DNA of 64,000 bases from Hemiscyllium ocellatum (lineage: Eukaryota). The DNA is taken from NCBI RefSeq assembly GCF_020745735.1, contig NC_083425.1, positions 35,451,575 to 35,515,574 on the forward strand, in the 5' to 3' direction. Below the pieces are notes generated by a model. That model saw only the letters and a list, made by a program, of their open reading frames with translations, ran no database searches and had not been told where the DNA came from. Position 1 is the stretch's first letter. Each line of letters starts with the position of its first letter. The translations under genes and the position numbers were made by a program. Positions 12,284 through 23,730 of this stretch are shown here, piece after piece.

Positions 12284-13224
12284 CTGTGTAACAAAACAGA
12301 TAATATATGACACAGGTGAGTGGCAGCAACTGTAAGGCTTCCTAATGTAGCACTGATATGTCAACAAATCTTATATATTTAAGTCTTAGGAAGAGATTTC
12401 ACCTTTCGAATCAGAGGTAACTATAGTATCAATTAGATCAGAAAATAAATGGGGACAAAAATCAAAAGATGCGTCTGTGTCTAACTCACAATTTTGGGAG
12501 AGCCCTCAAGAACGCAGGCATACCTATATTGGACCCACTGTTCACAGCGATTAACAAAACTATATTCAAAGCATCAAAGGTAGTAAGTGGAATTTCAATA
12601 GTACTTCTAATATAGCAAAATGCCCCAAAGAGATCACCGAGGATGAGGTAAAATTGACATGCAACAAGTATAATTTTAGGGAAAGTGAGGGAAGCGATAT
12701 GTACAGACAGATTGAGATTTTTGAATACAAGAAATAATAGCAAGCTGCACAGATTAGAAAAATAATTCCATATGCAAAGATTTTATGATACCACACCTCT
12801 GCCAACAATGGTGAAATGGGAGTGAAGGTGGAAGGAGAATAAATGAACAATAATTTGAAGTTGCAAGGTTAGAAGTGCACTCAACTCACAATGGTTTACT
12901 GATAGAGGGTACAAACCAACGAGTAGAAGGTATGGGCAAACAAGTTTGCAGAGGAATTGATGAATGAAGAAAAGGCTTTGAAATTAAATTCAGTGACTGA
13001 CAGGCATCCATAAACACCAAGAAACATCTCATATCATGCAGATGACTGAAGTTTGAATTCATCTGACCTGATGTTGGAAGGGGTTCAAGAATCCAACCAG
13101 GTAATAATTGGAGAAGCCAAGCTAAGGAGTAAAAGCATGTATGTGGGATGACTAAAATGACTATGAATCCAGGAAAAGTAGAATGGGAGAACCTGTTCTC
13201 ATTTGACAGAAAGATGAAGAGATG

Positions 13225-13535
13225 GAAAAGATTTACATGGATGTTGCAAGGGCTGCAGAATTTGAACTATAGGGAGAAGCTGAACAGGCTGGCGCTGTTT
13301 TCCCTGGCGTGTCGGAGGCTGAGGGGTGACCTTAAAGGTTTATAAAATAATGAGGGGCATGGCTAGGGTAAATAGATAGGGATGGAACAGTCCATAATTA
13401 CAAGGCATAGATTTAGGCAGAGGGGGAAAGATATAAAACAGACCTCAGAGCAACTTTTTCATGCAGAGGGTGGTGCATGCATGGAATGAGCTGCCAGAGG
13501 AAATGGTGGAGGTTAGTACAATTCCAACATTTAAA
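13225..13535 (+). mobile_element. CR1 3' fragment followed by a SINE tRNA head (13537-13610)
   Basis: FTWMLQGLQNLNYREKLNRL...LRGDL; followed by GGTGGCACAGTAGCTCAGTGGTTAGCACT. Confidence 0.8.
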
Positions 13536-13663
13536 AGGGGTGGCACAGTAGCTCAGTGGTTAGCACTGCAACCTCACAGCACCAGAGACCCAGGTTTAAG
13601 TCCTGCTTCAATAAATGTCATAATTGCTTTCTCATTACCTCCAAATGTTTTTAAAACACTCAC

Positions 13664-14564
13664 CTGGATCAATGCAGACTAGCATGTGCTTGAGACATTC
13701 CCCTGGCCTGAACATTTTCTCAATCTCAGCTAACTGCTTTCTCATCATTTTTTCCTCTTCTTTCTGCTGCCGAATATTTTCTTTTTCTGCTCGCCGTTGC
13801 TCTCTTTCTTGCTGCTTTCTCAGTGCCTCTGATCGAGCATTTTCTATTTCTGCTACATTCCTTTTCAGTTTTTTCTGTGGATGGGATAAATCTGATGCTG
13901 TTTTTGTAGAGGATGGTGCATTCCTACCATGCAGTTGAGCTGAATTTGAATCTGGAATATGTGATGTTGTTGGTTGCCATACACGCGCTTCTTCTCCCTC
14001 ATCCGAATCTGAAATGTTCCATGTACGATATGAAGGAAAAGCTTTCCGTCTAACATAAACAGTTTCTGTGCCTTGGCCTGCACTGAGCTGAGCAATTTCT
14101 GTCTCCTTAATTTCAGAATCACCTTGGCTAAGTTGAGGATTAATGGGAATTGAAGCATCAACGGAAGAGTTAGGGTTGGACTTTTCTTGACTAGATTTAC
14201 AAGTTGAGTGGTCAGAATTCACATTTTGGTTTCTAGTAAGCTTTCTTTCCAGTCTCTCTGCGAGAGGGATAATAAGATCCTCATCACAATCACTCTCACT
14301 ACTCACAATTGTTACCACTTCTTTAGGCAAGCATTTAACAGAGTGGCTAAGATTTGTCTGAGAACAGCCAGTTTTGGACAATGGAAGGTCACAATTTTCA
14401 GAGTCTGAACCTTCTATAACAATTGAGTTTGTATGTTCTGGAGTTCTGTGCTTGAAGTCAAATGCACCATCATAGGCTGTGTGGTTTCGAAGGCCAGTAA
14501 AGCTGAAAACTGGCAGCTCAAATGAATCGTTATTTAAATCTGTGTCACTACTTTCTTCTTCCAT
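13664..14564 (-). CDS. EME1: EME1 first coding exon (300 codons + 1 nt; exon acceptor at 14605)
   Basis: Long acidic/Ser-rich ORF with ELPVF, IIPLAERL, a coiled coil and RPGECLKHMLVCIDP; gtgagt donor. Confidence 0.93.
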
Positions 14565-15419
14565 CGTTAAACCATAGCATCCTCATTAACTCCAAGCTGT
14601 CGTACCTCAAATAGAAAAAAAAAAGCAACATAAATATAGAAATTTATGCAAGTCCTGATGGGTTTTGTGCTGCTCAAGGCGAAAAAATGATTTGGTACAA
14701 GACAACTGAATATATACATAAAACAATAACAATAGAATACAGGCACCAATCATCAGTATCAGCAACATCCAGCACATATTAGAAATACAATAATGTACGC
14801 TCTGTTCTAACCCAGCAATCGCCTCAGCGTCCACACATGACCAATGGCAGTAACTTTTTCCTTTGCCATGAAAACAGTCCCATGGACTTTCTGCCATTTA
14901 ATTCCACCAAACAAGTTTTCAATCACAATCCAGGTAACCAAGAAGTGGATTGATCCTGTTCTAAGAACTAAAAACAGTACTGATGGCAAGCTAAAAGGAA
15001 ACTGTGAAGATATTTAATATGGAAGGTGCAGTATTACATTGGAAATTACAAAAAGGGTACAAGAATCAATTTATCTTTTTTTTTATGTAAAGAAATAAAA
15101 AATATATACATAATAACCAGAAGAAAATTTGCTGGGCTTCACTAATAGTTTTTTGATAAAGAAATATTATGATGAAAGGGTTTTTCATGACTCATGCAAA
15201 TCTCAGAGAAGGTAGCATCTCAGATACTATAATTATTTCCAGTGGCACTACCTACAGGAGATCTGTCAAGGCGCTCATCTTTTGGTTTGCCAACTGGTAG
15301 CAATTCTGTTTCCTCCTCAAATTCATTGCCTTGACGCTGTTTAAAAGGCTGACCTTTACCCATTTCTTTGTCTGCCCAACTGCTTTTCTCTCTCACTGGG
15401 CTCCCATCTAGCTAAGACC

Positions 15420-15520
15420 AATTCTGAAGAATGGTCACAGGACCTGAAATGTTAACTCTGCTTTCTCTCCACAGATGTTGCCAGATCTGCTGCATTTTTC
15501 AAACAATGCGTTTTATTTCA
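15420..15520 (+). mobile_element. PLE pseudo-LTR fragment with decayed hammerhead motif
   Basis: CTGAAGA-ATGGTC ACAG GACCT-GAAA-TGTT followed by CACAGATGTTGCCAGATCTGCTG. Confidence 0.6.
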
Positions 15521-15638
15521 AAATTGTTTCTTTGTTTTCAAAGAAGTCCTCAACTGAAAACCTTCAGTCGTTCCTTCTCCCAGTCCCAGCTACGTCAGGA
15601 TTAATCTTCCAGATTAGTTAAGAGACAGCTAGTTAGTT

Positions 15639-15930
15639 AGGCGGCACAGCGGCTCAGTGGTTAGCACTGCTGTCTCGCAGTGCCAGGGACCTGGGTTCGA
15701 TTCCAGCCTCAGGTGACTGTCTGCGTGGGTTTCCTCCGGGTGCTCCGGTTTCCTCCCACAATCCAAAGATGTGCAGTTCAGATGAATTGGCCATGCTAAA
15801 CTGCCCATAGTGTTAGGTGCCTTAGTTAGGGGGTAAATATAGGGTAGGGGAATGGGTCTCGATGGGTTCAGAGGGTTGGTGTGGACTTGTTGGGCCAAAG
15901 GGTCTGTTTCCATACTGTAGGGAATCTAAT
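15639..15930 (+). mobile_element. HE1-like V-SINE
   Basis: tRNA-like head (A box and GGTTCGATTCC B box), V-domain TGCGTGGGTTTCCTCCGGGTGCTCCGGTTTCCTCCCACA, CR1-like tail. Confidence 0.9.
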
Positions 15931-15979
15931 AAAGACATATCTCATGGCAATCTTTGACCTGAAACTGGAAGCAATACTC

Positions 15980-16160
15980 CATAGAGTCATACAGCACAGA
16001 AACAGACCCTTTGATACAACACACTCATGCTGACCAGACACCCCAATCTGACTCAATCCCATTTGCCAGTATTTGCCCATATCCCTCTAAACTGTCCCAT
16101 TCATATACCCATTCGGATTCCTTTCAAATGTAATTGTACCCATCTCCACCACTTCCTCTG
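15980..16160 (-). mobile_element. CR1 3' end fragment
   Basis: CATAGAGTCATACAGCACAGAAACAGACCC is the reverse complement of the CR1 tail. Confidence 0.75.
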
Positions 16161-16339
16161 GGAGACATTAATTTCTTTGTACACACTGCTAAAATTTTTA
16201 TTCCAAACTCTCTCTCTGTCAAAATCTTTGAGACTGAAAACATGTCCATTGTCAACACAGTTGTTCTTGCCTTTGTTTTAAGGTGTGAACAGTTTACACT
16301 CTGCTCCCAGCAAGACTCACCCTGGGCTTTCTGATAACA

Positions 16340-17036
16340 GTCACACGACACCAGTTATAGTTCAACACTTTTATTTGGAAGTATAAGATATGAAGCGCTT
16401 CTCCTTCATCAATAAGCTAGTGGAGTAGGATCATTGCACACAGACTTTATAGCAAAAGACCACACTGTCACACACTGATGCGATATATTGAACAAACTTA
16501 GATTGCTGTTAGATCTTTTACATTGGGTTGCAGGTTTCGATTCATTAATGTGTAACTCCCAGAATTTCTTCCAAGTCACGTTCCTGAGGTAACTTAAGGT
16601 TTTATTAAAAAAAGTGACATCTCAGCTCAGACAATGCATTAAAGATATTGACTGCTTATAGATTGGATGTTTTTTGAACAAAATAGAATGCATGTGCAAA
16701 TGCAAATTCACTCTACAGACTTATATATATATGTGTGTGTGCACCTGTGAGGGAAAGAGAGTTTGCGCGTGCACGTACGCCTGACAGAGAGATTGTGTGA
16801 GTGTAAGCATGTGTGTATATGTGTGTTTCTAGGTTTGTTCAATATATCGCATCAGTGTATGATACTATGAACTTTTGCTATAAATTCTGTATCCTATGAT
16901 CCTGCTCCACTAGCTACCTGTCAAAGGATCAGCGCTCCGAAAGCTTGTACTTCCAAATAAAACCTGTTGGACTAAACATAGTGTTGTATGATTTTTAACT
17001 TTGTCCACCCCAGTTCAACACGACATGTCCACATCA
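16340..17036. mobile_element. Non-coding PLE-derived inverted-repeat element
   Basis: About 160-bp inverted arms, about 45-nt extension on the right arm, hammerhead-like motif at 16916-16950, 12-bp TSD TTTCTGATAACA (16328-16339 and 17037-17048). Confidence 0.75.
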
Positions 17037-17080
17037 TTTCTGATAACAAGTATTCTGGCTGTTGAACAGAAGTTTGAACA

Positions 17081-18083
17081 ATGCCTGTGACCAGTGGAGT
17101 GCCACAAGGATCGGTGCTGGATCCTCTACTTTTTGTCATTTACATAAATGATTTGGATGCGAGCATAAGAGGTACAGTTAGTAAGTTTGCAGATGATACC
17201 AAAATTGGAGGTGTAGTGGACAGTGAAGAGGGTTACCTGAAATTACAACACCAGATGGGTCAATGGGCTGAGAAGTGGCAGATGGAGTTTAATTCAGATA
17301 AATGCGAGGTGCTGCATTTTGGGAAAGCAAATCTTAGCAGGACTTATACACTTAATGATAAGGTCCTAGGGAGTGTTGCTGAACAAAGAGACCTTGGAAT
17401 GCAGGTTCATAGCTCCTTGAAAGTGGAGTTGCAGGTAGATAGACAGTGAAGAAGGCATTTGGTATGCTTTCCTTTATTGGTCAGAGTATTGAGTACAGGA
17501 GTTGGGAGGTCATGTTGCGGCTGTACAGGACATTGGTTAGGCCACTGTTGGAATATAGCATGCAATTCTGGTCTCCTTCCTATCGGAAAGATGTTGTGCA
17601 ATTTGAAAGGGTTCAGAAAAGATTTACAAGGATGCTGCCAGGGTTGGAGGATTTGAGCTATAGGGAGAGGTTGAATAAGCTGGGGCTGTTTTCCACGGAG
17701 CGTCGGAGACTGAGGGGTGACCTTATAGAGGTCACAAAATTATGAGGGGCATGGATAGTATAAATAGACAAAGTCTTTTCTCTGGGGTCGGGGAGTCCAG
17801 AACTAGAGGGCATAGGTTTAGGTTGAGAGGGGAAAGATATAAGAGACCTAAGGGGCAACTTTTTCATGCAGAGGGTGGCATGTGTATGGAATGAGCTGCC
17901 AGAGGAAGTGGTGGAGGCTGGTACAATTGCAACATTTAAGGGGCATTTGGATGGATATATGAATGGGAAGCGTTTGGAGGGATATTGGCCGGGTTCTGGC
18001 AGGTGGGACTAGATTGGTTTGGGCTATCTGGTCGGCATGGACGGATTGGATCAAAGGGTCTGTTTCCATGCTCTACGACTCTA
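17081..18083 (+). mobile_element. CR1 LINE 3' part
   Basis: SGVPQGSVL, KFADDTKIGG, WQMEFN, RPLLEY, CR1 3' tail. Confidence 0.93.
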
Positions 18084-18778
18084 AGTTACATAATTCTGTT
18101 CAATCCCAAATTTACCCCTTGCCTTAAAGACATTATCAATCCACAACAACTTCTAAAACCGTACTTATATTATATTCTGTAAACTTTCTATCTTCAAATA
18201 CTTTCCTAATTCTCTTTGAAAAGTAGTGATTCTTGTATTGACGCCTGGAGAACCTTATTTTACACCTTCGGTCCAAAAAAACATATTCTGTACTAATCCA
18301 TTCCTGGTCATTTAGCTTATGTCCATCATTTTATTCCATGGGCATCAAGGTCTTTCACGAGAGTATTTGCGCTACTCTATCATACGCTTTCGGAAGTCAA
18401 TGTACAGCAGCCACATCAAACATATTCCCCTCATCTAACCTCCTGCGAGCTTAGTAAAAACTCAAGCGAGTTAGTTTAAACACAATTAGGCGTTAAATAC
18501 TGTGTGTGGAATCGTGCCTGGCACAAAGCAAAATGATTACAGGACAGAACGTACTAGTTTTATCATGTTAAAAAGATGTTGCATCAATCAATGAGTAAAT
18601 TGTGGAGATACCTGCACTGATTAGTTTGCACTGCGCTCTGAACATACGTGATATACAAAAGACCGCAGAAAATAAAAATAAATATTACATTTCTATATCG
18701 TGGGAAGATTACAACAACGTGCACCCTGGATGATTTTGGGAAACTGACAGATGAACATCAGCTACAAAGTGATCCTAC

Positions 18779-18860
18779 CTCGCGCGCCAGTCACCACAGC
18801 TTCAAACTCCCAATTTGATTCATTAAACGCGCGAACTTCAGCAGGATCTCGAGCGCGGGA
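18779..18860 (-). other. EME1: Probable EME1 non-coding first exon (5' end uncertain)
   Basis: CpG-rich edge with a GAG|GTAGGA donor at 18779/18778; the next EME1 exon has a 5'UTR acceptor at 14605. Confidence 0.5.
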
Positions 18861-19560
18861 ACAGTTGGGGAAGCGGGAGAATGGAGGGGAGGGGGGGGTG
18901 GGGTGAGAAGCACTGGGAGGGGAGGGGGAAAGGGGATGGGGATCGACAGTTGCAAGGGGAGGAGCCGGCGCGCGCCGCTCCAAATTGCCTCCACCACCCT
19001 AACCCCGCCCACCAGTCACACATTGGATGGGAATCTGTTTCCCGAACCAATCAGCTTGCTCCTAATAGCAATGGTGGTCGGGTGTGATGGACAACCAGTT
19101 GAGCCAATCGAAAATCCGTATTTATTCAGCACCCAAAAGCCGGAAAGCAGATTAAAAGCAGGAAATAAAAATAAGTCCCCCAGAAACAAAGGTTTCGGAG
19201 TTGTTTACAGGCCTTTTGAAAACATTGATGAGCATTTTGAACAAGAGATACCTAATATTGTACATCGATCTTCAAGGCACTGGTTCCTCTTTTCGAGCAA
19301 CTGTCAAAATGACACGTGCGCATTACGAAACCCCAATTGCCTTGCGCATGCGCAATAACACCCTTCCCTCAAGTCTGGGCTTGAAAATGTCTCTTTTTGC
19401 TGTGGTGGGGAGGAAAGGTAATCCTCACGAAATATCTATTGTTCTGCAAAATGTGGAAAGAGGTTCATAGGGATTGCGCGGTTAGTGCGGCCTTTAACCT
19501 GGTTGCTGTATCCAGGAGCCTGTTCAGGTTAACCAGGTTCAAGGGTCAGGAAGATGGCGG
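18780..19560. promoter_or_regulatory. Bidirectional EME1/MRPL27 promoter
   Basis: Local CpG enrichment; CCAAT boxes at 19022, 19047 and 19104; E-box CACGTG 19313-19318; NRF1 palindrome TGCGCATGCGCA 19343-19354; YY1 AAGATGGCGGC over the MRPL27 ATG; E2F-like GCGGGAA and CHR-like TTTGAA (minus, 18801-18806). Confidence 0.85.
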
Positions 19561-19596
19561 CGTTCATCTCCTTGGTCAGAGCCCGTGCTCAAAGCG
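19554..19596 (+). CDS. MRPL27: 39S ribosomal protein L27, mitochondrial, exon 1
   Basis: Strong Kozak AAGATGG; MAAFISLVRARAQS presequence-like; gtgagt donor, phase 1. Confidence 0.88.
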
Positions 19597-19756
19597 GTGA
19601 GTTTAAAATGTCTTCACGCCCTGCTCGTAGTTTTATGTTAAAAATGCCCTATTTGCTTCGATTCCAAGAAAAAGTGTACTGTCACAAATCCTAAGGTGGT
19701 AAGACTGTGTTTCATGGGATAGTTGTGAAGGTGTGCTGGACGTTTCCTTGGTCACA

Positions 19757-20180
19757 GTCAAAAAGTGTGGTGCTGGATGACGTTTCGGGCATAAACCCTT
19801 AATCAGGAATGTGAAATGTCGACTCTCCTGCTCCTCGGATGCTGCCTTGGCCTGTCGTGGGCGGCATGGTGGCACAGTGGTTAGCACTGTCTGTGTGGAG
19901 TTTGCACGTTCTCCCCGTGTCTGCGTGGGTTTCCTCCGGGTGCTCCGGTTTCCTCCCACAGTCCAAAGATGTGTAGGTCAGGTGAATTGGCCATGCTAAA
20001 TTGCCCGTAGTGTTAGGTAAAGGAGTAAATGTAGGTGTATGGGTGGGTTGCGCTTTGGCAGGTCAGTGTGGACTTGTGAACTTGTTGGGCCGAAGGGCCT
20101 GTTTCCACACTAAGTAATCTAATCTAATTTTCCAGTGCCATACTGCTCCACTCTGATTTCCAGCATCTGTAGTTGCTGTT
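19757..20180. mobile_element. PLE pseudo-LTR inverted remnant interrupted by an HE1 V-SINE (19859-20127)
   Basis: Minus-strand CCTGATTAAGGGTTTATGCCCGAAACGTC at 19779-19807; the plus-strand pLTR resumes at about 20128 (TTTTCCAG..CCAGCATCTG) after the SINE. Confidence 0.7.
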
Positions 20181-20189
20181 TCCTTTATC

Positions 20190-20745
20190 AGTCGCAGCAT
20201 AAATTATAACAGCAGGGAGGTCATGTTGGAGCTGTACAGAACTTTTGGTTACTATTTGGTCACCACATTATAGGAAGGATGTGATTGTACAAGAGTGGAT
20301 GCAGAGGAAATTTACCAGAATATTGCTTGGGATGGAGTGTCTTAGCTAATAAGAAAACTGGATAAACTTGCATTGTATTCTTTGGACAGAGGAGTCTTAG
20401 ACATGGCCAGATTTGAGGTGTATTAGATTGTGAACAGAATAGATCGAAAGCAGCTGTTCTCTTTTTAGTTAAAGTTAAAGGAAAAGGCAGCATATGCTTC
20501 AGGTGAAAGACATGTTTAGAGGGAATTTGAGGAAAAATCTTTTTCACTCAGTAGGAGTCTGGAATACACTGCCTGGGAGTAGAGTTGAGGTGGAATATCA
20601 CGATTTATTACATTGGACTTGGATGAGCACTTGAAATGTTATAACATTCAAGGCTATGGACCAAGTGCTGGAAAGTGGGACTAATGTCCATTTAGTTTTA
20701 AAGGTACAGACTCAATGGAAGGGCCTCTTCTGCATTTGATTCTAG
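20190..20745 (+). mobile_element. Old CR1 3' fragment
   Basis: Decayed GGAGGTCATGTTGGAGCTGTACAG...TATAGGAAGGATGTG...GAAGGGCCT. Confidence 0.7.
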
Positions 20746-21024
20746 ATTTGACACGTGGTTATTAAGTGAAGGAATGATACAGATTTAAAAAAAGACTTTG
20801 GGGTGCATTTGTATATATTCTGATGATCTGGTATGGATGGCCAAAGGTGACCAGGCACACGAGCTGTACACAAACATTCTAAAATAGGATATTTTCCACT
20901 GAAATAAATGCAATTAACAAGAATCCATCAACAGCTTACATTTGTGTACTGTTTTCAGAGGAATAAATATGTTAAGCCATTTCACTTGTGAAAGTTGATA
21001 GGAGACCTGATATTGAATCTTTAC

Positions 21025-21325
21025 GGGGTGGCACAGTGGCTCAGTGGTTAGCACTGCTGCCTCACAGCACCAGGGTCCCAGATTTGATTCCAGCCTCAGG
21101 TGACTGTGCAAACTCCACACGGACAGACATTCTCCCTGTGCCTGCATGGGTTTCCTCCCACAGTCCAAAGATGTGCAGGTCAGGTGGATTGGCTATGCTA
21201 AAGTGCCCATAATATTAGGTGCATTAGTCAGAGGGAAATAGGTCTGGGTGAGTTACTGTTCGGATGGTTGGTGTGGACTTGTTGGGCCGAAGGGCCTGTT
21301 TCTGCACTGTAGGGAATCTAACCTA
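21025..21325 (+). mobile_element. HE1-like V-SINE
   Basis: tRNA head, partial V-domain, GGGCCGAAGGGCCTGTTTC tail. Confidence 0.88.
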
Positions 21326-21989
21326 TCCATGTAACTGGTGTTCCTCCCCCCTGGAACTATTCTCTTGAATCTATTTTGCATTCTCTGTCATGCTAATTTC
21401 CACTTCATCAGATTCCCAAAATCTCTTATTTATGCCTTTGTTATCTTTTGACTTGATTATGTTCAATACTGTCCTGGCAAACACCACACCGTATAATCAT
21501 TGTCTCTCTCGCTCTCTCTCTCCCCCTTCTTCCACCACCTCCAATTCTGGCTTCTTAGGTATCCTTTATTTAAATTGCTGTACTGTTGATGGCCATGCCA
21601 TAAGCAGCCAAACACTTAGTCTCTGGGATATCTCTCCCTAAAACTTCCTGCCTCTCTCACCTTTTAAAATGCAACTGAAAAATTACTTCCTTGACCAAGC
21701 TTTAGATCATCTTCCCTGTATCTCCTTAAATTGATTTTTGTTTGGACAGGTTTCACTCCTGTTACTGTAAAAAGTTGGAATATGCTGTATGACATATCAA
21801 GTCATCTCCCATTTTCAATACGTCGTCAATAATCTTTGATCTCCATTCCATTTTCTTACCATGTTAAACAGCTTTTGATTCACTTAAAGGTGCTCAATAC
21901 TTCAATATAATCTGTGATCCAGAATTCACAATCCATCAAGTAAAGGATTTTTCATTTCAACTCTGTCTTAAAGGAGAATCAAGAAATGA

Positions 21990-22900
21990 ACAAAAAAAAA
22001 ACCTGAATATTGCAAAGGCTGTGGGCTCTGACAACATTCTGGCAATAATACTGAAGATTTGTGGTCTAGAAGTTGTCACACTTGAACCAAGCTGTTCTAG
22101 TACAGCTTCAACAGTGGTAACTATCTGACAATGTATCAAAAAAAAGTACAATTGCACGATTTAAGAGGCATTTGGATGGGTATATGAATAGGAAGAGTTT
22201 GGAGGGATATGGGCCAGGTGCTGGCAGCTAGGACGAGATTGGGTTGGGATATCTGGTCAGCATGGACGGGTTGAACCAAATTGTCTGTTTCCATGCTGTA
22301 CATCTCTATGACTCTATACACACAAAGGATAAATCCAACCTGGCCAACTACTGCCCCTTTTAATCTACTGTTGATCATCAGTTCAGAAATGGAAGGTGTC
22401 ATCAATACTAAGCAGTGCTTGCTTAACAATAAGATGCTTAATTTGAGTTCCACTTGGGTCACTCAGCTCCTGACCAAATTACAGCCTTCATCCAGACATA
22501 GACAAAAGAGTTGAACTCCAGAGGTGAGGTGAGAATGACTGTTGATCGAGTGTAGTATCAAGAAGGCCTGCCAAAACTAGTGTTATATTTGGCACAAAGG
22601 AAGATGTTTGTTGGAGGTCATTCATCTCAGTTTCACAAAATCACTAGGTGTTCCTATGGGTACATCCTAGGCCCGTCAATTTTCATGCACAAAATCAATA
22701 CCATCCCTCCATCAGAAGGTCAGCACTGATGACCGCACAATGTTCAGCACTATTTGCACTAAGATGCAGGTTTGAGCTGACAAGTAACACTAATGCAGTA
22801 CAAGTGTTGACCCAGCCAGAAAAGACCACATTTCCTGAATTCATAAAAGAAATTATGATAAATTCTTATACTGAGACTGCTATTCCTAATTTGACATTCA
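21990..22900 (+). mobile_element. Old non-LTR (CR1/L2-group) RT remnant with a short CR1 tail inserted at 22146-22316
   Basis: AKAVGSDNILAIILK, DKSNLANYCPFNLLLIIS-like RT-flanking motifs; decayed GVP.G-type motif. Confidence 0.6.
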
Positions 22901-23139
22901 TTGGCCAAGGAAACACTCATTCAGCATCGACCATATTAAATCCAATTAGAATCTGAAACCACTTGAGATATTTTTAAAATATGGTACATAATTGTTGTCT
23001 AATTTCTATTTTCCATCATGATAGACTTATGACTCAGTAATCTCAATTTTCTTTTTCCACTTCATCTAATACAGTTTCACAGGATCATCTTCCAGATACC
23101 TGTTTGTTAACATGCCTTCTCTTTTTAATATTCCCACAG

Positions 23140-23265
23140 GATTTTTGGCTTTTCCACAGCCAGCAGTTATTGTTGTGAGATGTGCATCCAAAAAGGCAGG
23201 TGGCAGTTCCAAAAATTTGGGTGGGAAGAGCCCAGGTCGGCGATATGGATGGAAGAAAGGCGATG
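23140..23265 (+). CDS. MRPL27: MRPL27 exon 2
   Basis: VRCASKKAGGSSKNLGGKSPGRRYGWKKGD (bL27 signature); cccacag acceptor, gtatga donor. Confidence 0.96.
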
Positions 23266-23504
23266 GTATGATCATTTTGAATGCATCTGTTCAGACATTT
23301 ATGATTCATCTCTGTGGTTGGTAGGACTTTGACTTTCCAGTCAAAAGCTGGAAGCACTCCACTTGGTTAATGATATAAATATTCTTGGTCATTCTGTTCA
23401 GACGTATTATGTCACACTCTTAGAGTAGGTAGGATTTGAGCCTGAGCCTTTTAGGGACAATACCACTGTTTCAAAGGGTTCTTGGGGCAATGCAAACAGC
23501 GGAG

Positions 23505-23730
23505 GATGATGTGGTTGTGGGTATGTTCACCAAAGTGGGAAGTTGATTTGCAGATGTATCATTCCCTGTCAAAGTGACATCTTCAGTGCTTTGAAGCCTC
23601 CTGTGAAGCTCTGCTGTGCTGTGTCTTCTGGAATTTATTTGGTTCCATTTCTGCTGCTTCCAGTTGCCGGTTCCAGTTGTTCAATGTAGTGGCCAGTATG
23701 TTGGGTCTAGATCAATGAGCTTGTTGATAG
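23505..23730 (-). mobile_element. Poseidon-type PLE 3' end fragment
   Basis: Homologous to 48640-48870; decayed hammerhead motif at about 23550-23590. Confidence 0.7.

Noticed and set aside
18762-19600. Several ORFs across the promoter
   Set aside because: They are by-products of the GC-rich composition and have no recognisable homology
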